From NCBI GenBank assembly GCA_040954595.2, contig JBECUI020000034.1:130895-194894 (forward strand): DNA of 64,000 nucleotides, in the 5' to 3' direction. This DNA is from Balanoglossus misakiensis. Its lineage: Eukaryota > Animalia > Hemichordata. Positions 49,146 to 58,376 of the stretch are shown here, piece after piece. How positions within the stretch are numbered: position 1 is the first letter of the stretch; each line of letters starts with the position of its first letter. A program made the position numbers and the translations under genes. Under the pieces are notes generated by a model, which worked only from the letters and a program-made list of their open reading frames with translations, made no database searches and was not told the origin of the DNA.

Positions 49146-49769
49146 TTAAAAGGTATATTTTACAGACAAAAGAATTTCAAAGAAATTCCCAAATCGTGAC
49201 TCACTAGCCGGCGGATTGTTGCCAGCATAGATTTGTGGAACAAATTTATACATCACAGTGCTTCCAAACCCCCATGTTGGATTAAAATTCCATAAAAATC
49301 CTGAACCGAAACGAAGAATAAAATCAGCATGAGAATTTTCTGAATAACTTGATATATGAAGCCCTAGATCAAGAAAGAGGGGTATTTCTGCATTTCGTAT
49401 GCGGAATGCATAACTGGTTCTTGCTGTAATTGCATAGAAAAAAGCAAAGAGATCAGCACGAGAAAGAGAAAATGATCCATCTAAATGTGCTCCAATTCGC
49501 ACATTACCGTCAACATAGGCACCAATTTCGAGCCCTCCTGCAGCGCCAACACTACTTTGTGCATACCAGAAATCTCCGGCAGAGCTTGTATAAAACATTG
49601 GAACAAGAATACCAAGGTCGATTTGTACATATGAGTCACCAAGTTGTCGATTAATTTCCGAGAATCTGATTGTGTCAACCACGGCGTTAGTCTGGGCAGT
49701 AAGCGGAAGGACAATACACAGGAGTACTATACAAACAAATAGAAAACGTAAATATCTTTTGTAAGACAT
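49146..49769 (-). CDS. TP0733-family (OmpW/OprG-like) outer-membrane beta-barrel
   Basis: Signal peptide, N..GD..V.I.LG...P.F, alternating beta-strands, C-terminal KYTF beta-signal; divergent from folD. Confidence 0.75.
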   Translation of the reverse strand: MSYKRYLRFLFVCIVLLCIVLPLTAQTNAVVDTIRFSEINRQLGDSYVQIDLGILVPMFYTSSAGDFWYAQSSVGAAGGLEIGAYVDGNVRIGAHLDGSFSLSRADLFAFFYAITARTSYAFRIRNAEIPLFLDLGLHISSYSENSHADFILRFGSGFLWNFNPTWGFGSTVMYKFVPQIYAGNNPPASESRFGNFFEILLSVKYTF

Positions 49770-49815
49770 GATTGTTCATAGTATAATGAGATTCTTAGGG
49801 AAAAGCAATATGATA

Positions 49816-49844
49816 TTGAAATATTTTCCAATATATGATATTGT
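49816..49844 (+). promoter_or_regulatory. Putative leaderless promoter of the folD operon
   Basis: TTGAAA-17 nt-(TGa)TATTGT-7 nt-ATG 49852; no SD. A divergent TTGCTT-17-TATACT on the minus strand serves the barrel gene. Confidence 0.5.
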
Positions 49845-49851
49845 TGCATTC

Positions 49852-50712
49852 ATGCATGTAATCTATGGTGATACGCTAGCTGAACAAATACAGAGGGACT
49901 TAGGTATGCGGATTAAGCAATTATCTTGCACACCCAAGATTGTAATTCTTTTGCTTGGTGATAATTCTGCAAGTAGATCATATATACGAAGCAAGACTCG
50001 GGCATGCTCGAATGTTTCTATTGCCACCGAAGATGTATACATGCCCGAAGAGAGCAGTGAAAAAGAGATTTTGTTATGGATCGCAGAAAAAAATGCGGAT
50101 CCCAGTGTGCATGCTATTCTTGTGCAACTTCCTCTTCCCGGTCATATTGATATGAATAAGGTGATTGCTGCAATAGATCCGAAAAAGGATGTTGACGGCT
50201 TTCATCCTCTTAATATGGGAAGGCTTGCCGTGGGTTTCCCAACTGTCATTCCTTGTACTCCTCTTGCCATTCTTCGCATGCTTGAAGCGGCAGATATTTC
50301 TGTCAGTGGGAAGCGGGTTGTTATTCTAAACCGTAGTAATATAGTTGGTAAGCCTCTTGCTCTTTTACTTGCTGCACGGGGACGAGATGCAACCGTTACT
50401 CTTTGCCATAGCCGTACAAGAGATTTACCAGCTCATTGCAAGCAGGCTGATGTGCTTATATCAGCAATATCTTCACCCCATTATATTAAGGCTGACATGG
50501 TAAAAGAGGGAGTAGTTGTTATTGATGTTTCTATTAATCGCATCCCTGCGGACAACGAAAAAAAATACAAACTTACAGGCGATGTAGACTTCGAGTCGGT
50601 ATCTAAGCTCGCTTCGGCCATAACACCGGTGCCTCGGGGAGTGGGTCCAATGACAATAGCAATGATGCTTGAAAACACGGTTAGCTTGGCGGAAGGAAAC
50701 ATAAAGTGGTAG
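49852..50712 (+). CDS. folD: Methylene-THF dehydrogenase/cyclohydrolase
   Basis: S.SYI..K, VQLPLP, KDVDGFHP, PCTP, RSNIVGKP, GDVDF, TPVP.GVGPMT. Confidence 0.95.
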   Translation: MHVIYGDTLAEQIQRDLGMRIKQLSCTPKIVILLLGDNSASRSYIRSKTRACSNVSIATEDVYMPEESSEKEILLWIAEKNADPSVHAILVQLPLPGHIDMNKVIAAIDPKKDVDGFHPLNMGRLAVGFPTVIPCTPLAILRMLEAADISVSGKRVVILNRSNIVGKPLALLLAARGRDATVTLCHSRTRDLPAHCKQADVLISAISSPHYIKADMVKEGVVVIDVSINRIPADNEKKYKLTGDVDFESVSKLASAITPVPRGVGPMTIAMMLENTVSLAEGNIKW

Positions 50713-50717
50713 CAAAA

Positions 50718-51500
50718 ATGGTTGATATACAGTCTATGCCTGATCATAGAAATATTCCATTACAGCAGGTTGGTATTAAAAATCTCCGTTACCCGATTAC
50801 TGTACATTGGTCCAATGGTCGTAGAACGGATACTATTGCAGAAGTAAACATTTCGGCATCCTTATCGGCTGCCACTCGCGGCATGCACATGAGTCGACTT
50901 GTCCTCATACTTGAAGAATGCAAAGACCAGATTAGCTGGGATAGATTACCGGCTATTTCGGCAGATATATCAAAAAGAATGGAGCAAGGGACCCCCCATG
51001 TATCTTTTTCCTGCTCTTTCCCATATTTCCGCAGGAAAACAGCTCCGCATTCATTACTGAAAAGCATGATGGATTACGATTGCATGTTACGGGTAGTACG
51101 AAAAGCAGAAAATGTTACTCGCTTTCTTCATTTAAGTGTTCCGGTTATGACCCTCTGTCCCTGCTCTAAAGCATTGAGCAGCAAAGGTGCACATAATCAA
51201 CGATCACTATGTACTGTCATCTGCCGACAAGATGAAGAACCAGACATTGATCAGATCATAACTGGAATTGAAACTGCCTCTTCCAGCTCTCTCTATGCTC
51301 TTCTCAAGCGGACTGATGAGCAGATAATTACCGAAACTTCATATAATAATCCGCGATTCGTAGAAGACCTGCTTCGCGATGTTGTCTTATTTCTCCGGCA
51401 GCATTCTTCTTCTCAATGGTTTTCAGTTGAAGTATCCAGTGAGGAAAGTATTCATAATCATAGTGCCTATGCCTATACCGAAGAGGGCGAAGCATCGTGA
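50718..51500 (+). CDS. folE2: GTP cyclohydrolase I type 2 (IB)
   Basis: DIQ, VGI, GMHMSRL, TLCPCSK, AHNQRS, LKR.DE, NPRFVED, EESIHNH.AYA. Confidence 0.93.
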   Translation: MVDIQSMPDHRNIPLQQVGIKNLRYPITVHWSNGRRTDTIAEVNISASLSAATRGMHMSRLVLILEECKDQISWDRLPAISADISKRMEQGTPHVSFSCSFPYFRRKTAPHSLLKSMMDYDCMLRVVRKAENVTRFLHLSVPVMTLCPCSKALSSKGAHNQRSLCTVICRQDEEPDIDQIITGIETASSSSLYALLKRTDEQIITETSYNNPRFVEDLLRDVVLFLRQHSSSQWFSVEVSSEESIHNHSAYAYTEEGEAS

Positions 51501-52159
51501 AAGAGGATATTATACGCACGGATACAGTTCTTGTTAGCGTATCGGACAAAAGCGACCTGGATATTCTTGTTTCTTCCCTTCAGATAGCCTCGCAATCACT
51601 CCGTATCTTGGCGAGCGAAGGAAGTTATGCAGCATTAAAACCAATAATAAGCAATAAGACCGAGCTGATTAGCATAAGCGACTATGTTCATGCACCCTTT
51701 GGCGAACGAGTAAAAAGCCTTGACTTTAAGATCTATGCAGGAATATTATCAGAAGACGCAGAGCAGTTTTTTCTTAGATTTGGAGAAGATGCCTTGCGGT
51801 TTGATATGGTCGTGTGCAACCTCTATCCTTTTGCCGAATGTATTGCCCGGGATCAGAATGATGTCGAACCTCATGTTGATAGGGTCTGCAGTTTGATTGA
51901 TATTGGTGGGCTATCTCTTCTTCGTGCGGCTGCAAAAAACTTTCCTGCTGTTACTGCTGTTTCCCATGCACGGCAGTATGCGGAAATTGTAGAGGAAATA
52001 AGCAAACACAATGGCGTATCTCTTCAAACGCGTTATCGGTTCAGTCAAGATACATTTTCTCTTACTGCAGATTACGATCGGCAGATAGCAGAGTATTTGA
52101 AAGGGCGTGCTTTTAATAGCTTTTTTCGTAAAAAAGGGGAGAGATATGAAACGATCTGA
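51497..52159 (+). CDS. purH: Stand-alone IMP cyclohydrolase (MGS-like) half of PurH
   Basis: VSVSDK, RVKSLDFKIY, VCNLYPF, IDIGG..L.RAAAKN, F..TADYD. Confidence 0.85.
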   Translation: MKEDIIRTDTVLVSVSDKSDLDILVSSLQIASQSLRILASEGSYAALKPIISNKTELISISDYVHAPFGERVKSLDFKIYAGILSEDAEQFFLRFGEDALRFDMVVCNLYPFAECIARDQNDVEPHVDRVCSLIDIGGLSLLRAAAKNFPAVTAVSHARQYAEIVEEISKHNGVSLQTRYRFSQDTFSLTADYDRQIAEYLKGRAFNSFFRKKGERYETI

Positions 52160-53348
52160 TTATCAGCATATTCATACAGATGAATTTCCAGAAGAAATAG
52201 AAATTATTTTTACAGATAGTAAGGGTAAGAAAAGGCATAGATATCGGAAACAATACTGGGCAGGCAAGGGATTACGCTATGGGGATAATCCCGACCAGAA
52301 AGCTGCCTGCTACATTCCGATAGATTCTTCCAATCCGACTTCAATGAGCACTTCAATGTTCCAGTCTCTTCAGTTATTACATGGTGCAAAGCAGCCAAGT
52401 AAAACGAATATTACCGATATTAATACGGCTATGGAGATTCTTCGTTATCTTTCCGACAGCTCCTGCGCAGTTATTGTTAAGCATAATAATCCCTCGTCAG
52501 TTGCTGCTGCTGCCAAGATTGAAGATGCCTACACGCGTGCCTATAATGCCGATTGCATTGCAGCATTCGGTGGGACAATCTGCCTTAATAGACCAGTATG
52601 TGGAAAGTTGGCAGAAAAGATCCTACAGCATTACTTTGAGGTAATTGTTGCTCCCTCATATGATGAAGATGCATTAACATGTTTACAGAGCAAGAAGAAT
52701 CTGCGAATCTTTGCTCTGCCCCTGCTAACGGAAATAGAAGAACATAAGCGGCAGCTTGATATTTCATCATTGATGGATGGTGGAATAATTATACAGGAAG
52801 CATTTCTAGCAGATCATACCGGCATTTCAAAGCAGGGGCGAGCGACTTGTATGCATAAGGGTGAAGAGTATCACATTAACAGGTATGCAACTGCAGAAGA
52901 ATATCAAGATATGCTTTTCGGCTGGTCGGTACAATCGGCAATTAGTAGTAATTCAATTGTCTATGTAAAGAACCAATGCACTGTTGGAATTTCTACAGGT
53001 GAACAAGACAGGGTGGGAGCGGCAAGCATTGCACGAGAAAAAGCATACCGGAACATGCGCGAATATCTCGCTCGAACCCTTTATGAAAAAGGGTATAATC
53101 TACTTAATAAATCGGAATTGCATGAAGTTGATAATCAGGTTCGAGAAAATTCTGCAGGCTTACAGGGAAGTGTTATGGTCTCTGATGGCTTCTTTCCCTT
53201 TCGTGATGCCCTGGATATTGCATTGGGGGAGGGGGTTTCTGCTGTCTTGCAACCAGGGGGGTCTATTCGTGACTATGAATGTATTACTGCATGCAATGAA
53301 GCAGATGCTGCGATGATTTTTACGAATCAGCGAGGCTTTAGACATTGA
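52146..53348 (+). CDS. purH: Stand-alone AICAR transformylase half of PurH
   Basis: LRYGDNPDQ, KHNNP, AFGG, SNSIV, GEQDRV, SDGFFPFRD, QPGGSIRD, FRH; own GGGGAG RBS. Confidence 0.88.
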   Translation: MKRSDYQHIHTDEFPEEIEIIFTDSKGKKRHRYRKQYWAGKGLRYGDNPDQKAACYIPIDSSNPTSMSTSMFQSLQLLHGAKQPSKTNITDINTAMEILRYLSDSSCAVIVKHNNPSSVAAAAKIEDAYTRAYNADCIAAFGGTICLNRPVCGKLAEKILQHYFEVIVAPSYDEDALTCLQSKKNLRIFALPLLTEIEEHKRQLDISSLMDGGIIIQEAFLADHTGISKQGRATCMHKGEEYHINRYATAEEYQDMLFGWSVQSAISSNSIVYVKNQCTVGISTGEQDRVGAASIAREKAYRNMREYLARTLYEKGYNLLNKSELHEVDNQVRENSAGLQGSVMVSDGFFPFRDALDIALGEGVSAVLQPGGSIRDYECITACNEADAAMIFTNQRGFRH

Positions 53349-53358
53349 GCGTGGGAAG

Positions 53359-55371
53359 ATGAGAAAAGCAATTCTTATTCTCAGCATTGTTATTGCTGTC
53401 ATTATAGCCTTTACATCGCTATTTATTATCCTGAATATCGGGAATATTCAAGATGCTACCGAACAAATATATGAACAGATTCGGGTAAGCAACGAAGAAC
53501 TGGACAGAATACGTACAACAACAAACATGCTCATTGAAGACAATAGAGAAATACGGCAGATGTTTCACTTGCCGGAGAAACAGTATCCCATTCAATATGA
53601 TGATGCAGAAGAATTGGAAGAAGATTCAATATTTACGCCCTACTTCAAGGGCATTGAGAAGATTATTGAACAGAGAAATAAAGAAACCTTATCGATAACT
53701 CTTTCTGCGCTTTTTGAAGACAGACTTTTCCGTGCCAAAGTTCAATCTGCCGGATTAACCGCAGAGTATGCCGACAATTATATTTCCCTTGTGGATAAAC
53801 TCGACAGGGCATATATGACCATTTCTGCCGCACTCAGCAAAGAACAGATGCTTACTTATCAGGTAGAAACTGTGCTGGAAGAGGAACTGAAAGAATACAA
53901 GGAAGCAGCAGAAATTGTTACGAATCTGGAAAGAGACATTGATGCTGTTTCCGAGCACTATCGTACCTACGATCAGCGTCGGGATGCACTGCTGAGTATA
54001 AGCCAGGAACCGGAGATAATTCGTATAATCCAGAGGCAAAAACTTGACATAAAACTAGGTGATGCATTGGCAGAATTGCCATTTTTCGCTCTATATAAAC
54101 AGGGTTATGAAGTTATGCGCATTACTGTGAACCCTGCTGATTATACATTTCAGATTGCTGAACAAAGTTTTCATACATTTCAGGAATTATATGCATATCT
54201 TCTTCCTTATGTCAGCGAAAATATTTTTTATACGCCGAGCGAGATTCGCTTGGAAGAAAGTCTGGCAACAATACGAACTGTTTTTCAGGACCCGGGAGTT
54301 ATAAGATACCTGGAAAACAATGGCCTTCATCGTGCTGAAACGGAGCGTCAGGATGAAGAACATCTTTTCTTTGATCTGCTTGACAGTAATGAGCATAAGG
54401 TGGGATCTCTTGCCATACAGTTGATAAGCGGAGAGATATGGCTTATGGACAAGGATGAACGCCCGATTTCATCATTGAAAGCATTGATGAATAAAGAAAT
54501 TAACTTCAATACGGATCAATCAAGTACAGGTTTCCAATATAATATCTCGAATATGCTTCCCGTACAAACTGCAACTGAAAATTTTACAATCTTATTAGTT
54601 GGGCTGCATGAAAATATGGCAGATACAATAATTATTGCCTACCACATATCCGCCCTAGAAAAAATACTATTATTCAGCATTCCGCGTGATATTTATTTCC
54701 GTGGGAAGAAAATAAATAGCATTTATGCAGAATATGGTCCCAAGCGCTTTGTGCAGGATATTCAAAGCATTACGCAGATACCTATCGATTCATATATTGC
54801 TGTTGATATGTTTGCTTTTATTGATGCAGTTAACGCGGTTGGTGGCATTGATATTATCTTGAAGGAAGATCTCATTGATCCCAGCTACAAGATCAAAGAA
54901 AACGGACGGTGGTCAACCCTCTATTATCCTGCAGGGAAGCACCATCTACATGGAATTGCGGCACTTCGAGTCGCCCGTTCCCGCGGCACGACATCAGATT
55001 TTGACCGATCCATCAGACAACAAACAATATTGATGGCTGCATATCATAAAATACAAGAACGTTTTTTGCAAGATGGCGCTGCCGTATATTCTTTGCTTAA
55101 CATACTTTTCTCTTATACGCATAGCGATCTTAATCTTATTGATATGCTCATGTATTTACAGCGATATTCTTCCTTTTCCCTTGGAGAACAGATCATCTTG
55201 AATACGGACAATATTCTTTATAATACCTATACAAACCTTCGTTTTCTCAAGGAAGGGGACCCGGAACCTGAAAATAAAGGACTATGGATATTGTTACCTG
55301 TTGAAAATAATTGGGATGCAATCCCATCATTTATGAGATCAAGTATTCAAAAGCATCTCAATCTGCAGTAA
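53359..55371 (+). CDS. LytR-CpsA-Psr (LCP) protein with a long periplasmic N-terminal extension
   Basis: N-terminal TM; from aa about 408 ADTII, SIPRD, KINS.Y, GGIDI, ARSR, SDFDR..RQQ. Confidence 0.88.
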   Translation: MRKAILILSIVIAVIIAFTSLFIILNIGNIQDATEQIYEQIRVSNEELDRIRTTTNMLIEDNREIRQMFHLPEKQYPIQYDDAEELEEDSIFTPYFKGIEKIIEQRNKETLSITLSALFEDRLFRAKVQSAGLTAEYADNYISLVDKLDRAYMTISAALSKEQMLTYQVETVLEEELKEYKEAAEIVTNLERDIDAVSEHYRTYDQRRDALLSISQEPEIIRIIQRQKLDIKLGDALAELPFFALYKQGYEVMRITVNPADYTFQIAEQSFHTFQELYAYLLPYVSENIFYTPSEIRLEESLATIRTVFQDPGVIRYLENNGLHRAETERQDEEHLFFDLLDSNEHKVGSLAIQLISGEIWLMDKDERPISSLKALMNKEINFNTDQSSTGFQYNISNMLPVQTATENFTILLVGLHENMADTIIIAYHISALEKILLFSIPRDIYFRGKKINSIYAEYGPKRFVQDIQSITQIPIDSYIAVDMFAFIDAVNAVGGIDIILKEDLIDPSYKIKENGRWSTLYYPAGKHHLHGIAALRVARSRGTTSDFDRSIRQQTILMAAYHKIQERFLQDGAAVYSLLNILFSYTHSDLNLIDMLMYLQRYSSFSLGEQIILNTDNILYNTYTNLRFLKEGDPEPENKGLWILLPVENNWDAIPSFMRSSIQKHLNLQ

Positions 55372-55390
55372 GTGCAGATTGCTTTTCTTT
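55359..55390 (+). terminator. Putative intrinsic terminator after LCP
   Basis: CAATCTGCA-gtaag-TGCAGATTG stem followed by CTTTTCTTT. Confidence 0.5.
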
Positions 55391-55407
55391 CATATTTTCT
55401 GTATAAT
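55379..55407 (+). promoter_or_regulatory. Sigma70 promoter of lapA-SPOR
   Basis: TTGCTT-17 nt-TATAAT; GGAGG RBS before GTG 55436. Confidence 0.7.
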
Positions 55408-55435
55408 TATAGTAACGCTGTAACGGAGGTTTTCT

Positions 55436-55807
55436 GTGCCTTGGAAATTATTGTTTATACTATTATTAATTGTATTACTGCTATACTTGTTTTGGTTAAA
55501 TAGGGATAATCTAGTTAGAATATCATTTATTTTCTACGAACTAATTGATATACCTGTTCTATTTGTTGTCAGCATTTCATTGACAGTAGGAGGGTGCATT
55601 GGTTCTGCTATTACTTATTTCTCCTACAAACGAAGAATGCAGGCAATGGCAGCACCTCCTGGAAAAGAAGAGATAAAAAAGAAGAAGAAAAAAGCAAAGG
55701 CTGAACGAAAAAATCAGAACCGCCTGCTCAGCCTGACAATACTGGTACAAGTTCAGAGGAGGGGTAGTTCGAGGAAAATATGCAGCGATTTTCTTGCCTG
55801 TTATTGA
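55436..55807 (+). CDS. LapA-family (DUF1049) membrane protein (true stop possibly 55767 if one A is missing)
   Basis: TM-N..V.ISF.F....IP-TM-basic tail. Confidence 0.72.
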   Translation: MPWKLLFILLLIVLLLYLFWLNRDNLVRISFIFYELIDIPVLFVVSISLTVGGCIGSAITYFSYKRRMQAMAAPPGKEEIKKKKKKAKAERKNQNRLLSLTILVQVQRRGSSRKICSDFLACY

Positions 55808-56817
55808 TCGCAGTGGTACCATTTGTCGCATTTGCTATAGATGAAGACCTAGCTGATTGGCTTACAAATAATATTGATAATGAAAAGTATGGCGAGCAGG
55901 TTGAGTATCTTCTAAGCACAATAGAAGATCCTTCCGAATTACACCTATTGGTAGACCGCTACATTCCCTTTGTATCGGATATCTCTTTTCGTGCGCTACT
56001 ATTGTATCGAACGGGAATGCTGTTTGAGTTATGGGGCAATCTTGCGTATGCTATCAGTAGCTATCGCTTTGCCTATACGCTTGACCCTCAAGTTATATAT
56101 GCCTATCGGGAAGCATTGATATCCTATGAGATGGGATTATATGAAGAAAGCGAAAATATCTTAAACCGCTTACGCATGAGAAATCCAGAGAGCTACATTC
56201 TTCTAGAAAGCATGCTTAATAGCGAAAAAGAAGACCATGATGGAAAAATTGCAATTGCTCGCCAATTAGTGCAAATAAACTCTGCCTCTCCCTCACATAT
56301 ATACTTCTATTATTCTCTTCTGTGGCAAGCAGGACTACAAGAGTCCGCCCGTGAGCAAGCAGAACGATTGCAGGAACTCTATCCTGAAAGTCCTGAAGCA
56401 ATAATAGCAAATCAACAAGTAGAAAATGTGCAAGGAGTAATACATGAGTATCCTTCTTTATCACGGATATTCCATACCATACGAATAGAAGGACAGGAAT
56501 CTCAGGAAATGCAAGAAGTAATGGATGTGCCGCTCTTGGCGGATCCGGTGGACGATGAGCTTACAGCAGATAATTCACAATCCCTTGTTGGATTACAGAT
56601 TGCATCGTTTTTGAACAGGGATAATGCTGAATCTCTTCTGATCGAATTGCGTGCAAAGAATCTACCTGTTTTACCCATTATTCAGCAAATTACTGTAAAT
56701 AATATGGTGTATCATCGCGTTATTATTCCATATGATACAGAGAAATTTACTGGTAGCAACGATTTCTTTACGAGAATCCTTGAATACAATATTGAGGGGA
56801 TTCTACTCTACGACTAG
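55780..56817 (+). CDS. Exported TPR + SPOR-domain protein
   Basis: Signal peptide (AFA), helical repeats, YPESPEA, C-terminal LQIASF....NAE.L...L....YHRV. Confidence 0.75.
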   Translation: MQRFSCLLLIAVVPFVAFAIDEDLADWLTNNIDNEKYGEQVEYLLSTIEDPSELHLLVDRYIPFVSDISFRALLLYRTGMLFELWGNLAYAISSYRFAYTLDPQVIYAYREALISYEMGLYEESENILNRLRMRNPESYILLESMLNSEKEDHDGKIAIARQLVQINSASPSHIYFYYSLLWQAGLQESAREQAERLQELYPESPEAIIANQQVENVQGVIHEYPSLSRIFHTIRIEGQESQEMQEVMDVPLLADPVDDELTADNSQSLVGLQIASFLNRDNAESLLIELRAKNLPVLPIIQQITVNNMVYHRVIIPYDTEKFTGSNDFFTRILEYNIEGILLYD

Positions 56818-58307
56818 CTATCGACTAGTATTTGTTCAAAGTATAGAATCGAACCGGGAATCAGTTCCACCATATCCATGCGAACTTGAACGGGATAAAG
56901 ACTCAAAGTTCGAATTGTTTTGCGTTCTTCCATCTTTACTGCGTATTCTACTAAATAACGCCTATTTTCTTTTTCCTGTCCGGACTGGTTAAGAATACGC
57001 AGTTCCAGGATTGGTCTATCAACATAGAAAAGATGATATAAGCCGGATAACTCATTATTTCCATCATGCATAGTAAAACTAGGTAATGAAAAGTATAATT
57101 CCTGATTATTTTGATTCGTATATACCCCATTTAGTGTCAATAGTTGTATATGCTCTTTGTCTTTTGCTATATACGGTGTATTGCCTTGATAGACGTATTC
57201 CCCATTCCAATAGTTCATGCCTTCCATATTGATGCGAATACGGTCTACTGCCAGCAAAATTGCCCGTATTTGTCGTTGAAAAGATGAAAGAATCGTATTA
57301 TTTGTACTAATCCACAGTCCGGGATTAGAACCTAAAACTGTTTTGTACATACTACGAATTCTAAACCATTCCTGCGTTTCATTATGATACAATGCGATCT
57401 CATTGCTGTTTGCATTAAAATAGATCATGCGATTAACATCAGACCCGGCATCAATCAACCATAGACCATTCAAATGTTCTGCTATATCTTCTGAGGTGCT
57501 ATTATACAGATCTTGCATTACCTGTTCTTCGCGCAGACTCCGTGAAACTGCTGCAACCGGACCAAGAATATATCGTGCAGCGGTGGTATTCCAGTAATAT
57601 GTTTCTTTCAGTATGGTCTGACCATTTTCCTGGTTTTCATCCTGTAAATAACGAATAATCGGAAAACTTTGTCCTGTTTCTTGCTGGCTCTTGTAGCGTG
57701 CCGAGCGCTCAATCCTTTCAATTTCCAGTCCTGAAGTCGAAGCAAGTGAGAGAATAGGATAGTATACAATGCCCTGATTATTGGATCCGGCAACGCGCCG
57801 AAAGATGTCCAATGTTTGTTCCCCAGTTTCATTGACTCCAAAGCAAACAATTTCTTCTACATGGTCACCAACAAGATCTTCTACTGTTATGGAAAGGGTA
57901 CGAATATTATTTGCCTGTGTTTGATCTGTCCATGAAATAGTATAAGTCTCCAGAGAGTTATTAAAGTTTGCTACAAGAATATGTATTGTGCTACTTGTTC
58001 TCTCTGCACGAAGTTTATATGCGATAATTTGCTCCTCGATCTGATCAAAGTCAAGGTTAATATCAATAGTCCGCAGTGGAACATAGTCTTCGGGCAGTTC
58101 GGTTCTCGGAAGTGAAATGCCGGTCTCATCAGGTTGTACATCATTATGTTGGTCCGACTGCATAAGCATAATTCCCTCTCCTGCATCAGGAACTATACTT
58201 TGTCCATGGCGCGGAAATTCTGAAGGCTGAATGCTCTTTGTACAAGAAAGAAAGATAAAAAAACAAAAAAAAGAAAGAATAATTACATTTTCTTTAGTGC
58301 TTTTCAT
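56814..58307 (-). CDS. Pallilysin-related adhesin family lipoprotein
   Basis: FLS-C lipobox, INLDFDQIEEQII, DLVGDH..EI...G....EQTLDIF, L.GLW, L.GVY. Confidence 0.65.
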   Translation of the reverse strand: MKSTKENVIILSFFCFFIFLSCTKSIQPSEFPRHGQSIVPDAGEGIMLMQSDQHNDVQPDETGISLPRTELPEDYVPLRTIDINLDFDQIEEQIIAYKLRAERTSSTIHILVANFNNSLETYTISWTDQTQANNIRTLSITVEDLVGDHVEEIVCFGVNETGEQTLDIFRRVAGSNNQGIVYYPILSLASTSGLEIERIERSARYKSQQETGQSFPIIRYLQDENQENGQTILKETYYWNTTAARYILGPVAAVSRSLREEQVMQDLYNSTSEDIAEHLNGLWLIDAGSDVNRMIYFNANSNEIALYHNETQEWFRIRSMYKTVLGSNPGLWISTNNTILSSFQRQIRAILLAVDRIRINMEGMNYWNGEYVYQGNTPYIAKDKEHIQLLTLNGVYTNQNNQELYFSLPSFTMHDGNNELSGLYHLFYVDRPILELRILNQSGQEKENRRYLVEYAVKMEERKTIRTLSLYPVQVRMDMVELIPGSILYFEQILVDS

Positions 58308-58376
58308 AAAATATACTCAAAGTGGATGACATAATAGTATATATATCATATAATAATAACTTATTAGGAGTCAAAT

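Noticed and set aside
49770-49851. ZTP (pfl) or THF riboswitch upstream of folD/purH
   Set aside because: The spacer is short, AT-rich and filled by two promoter candidates; no conserved riboswitch elements seen
55670-55807. Poly-Lys tail and long C-terminus of LapA as a phase-variable tract
   Set aside because: Basic tails are usual for LapA proteins; the odd extension is explained by one missing A, giving a stop at 55767
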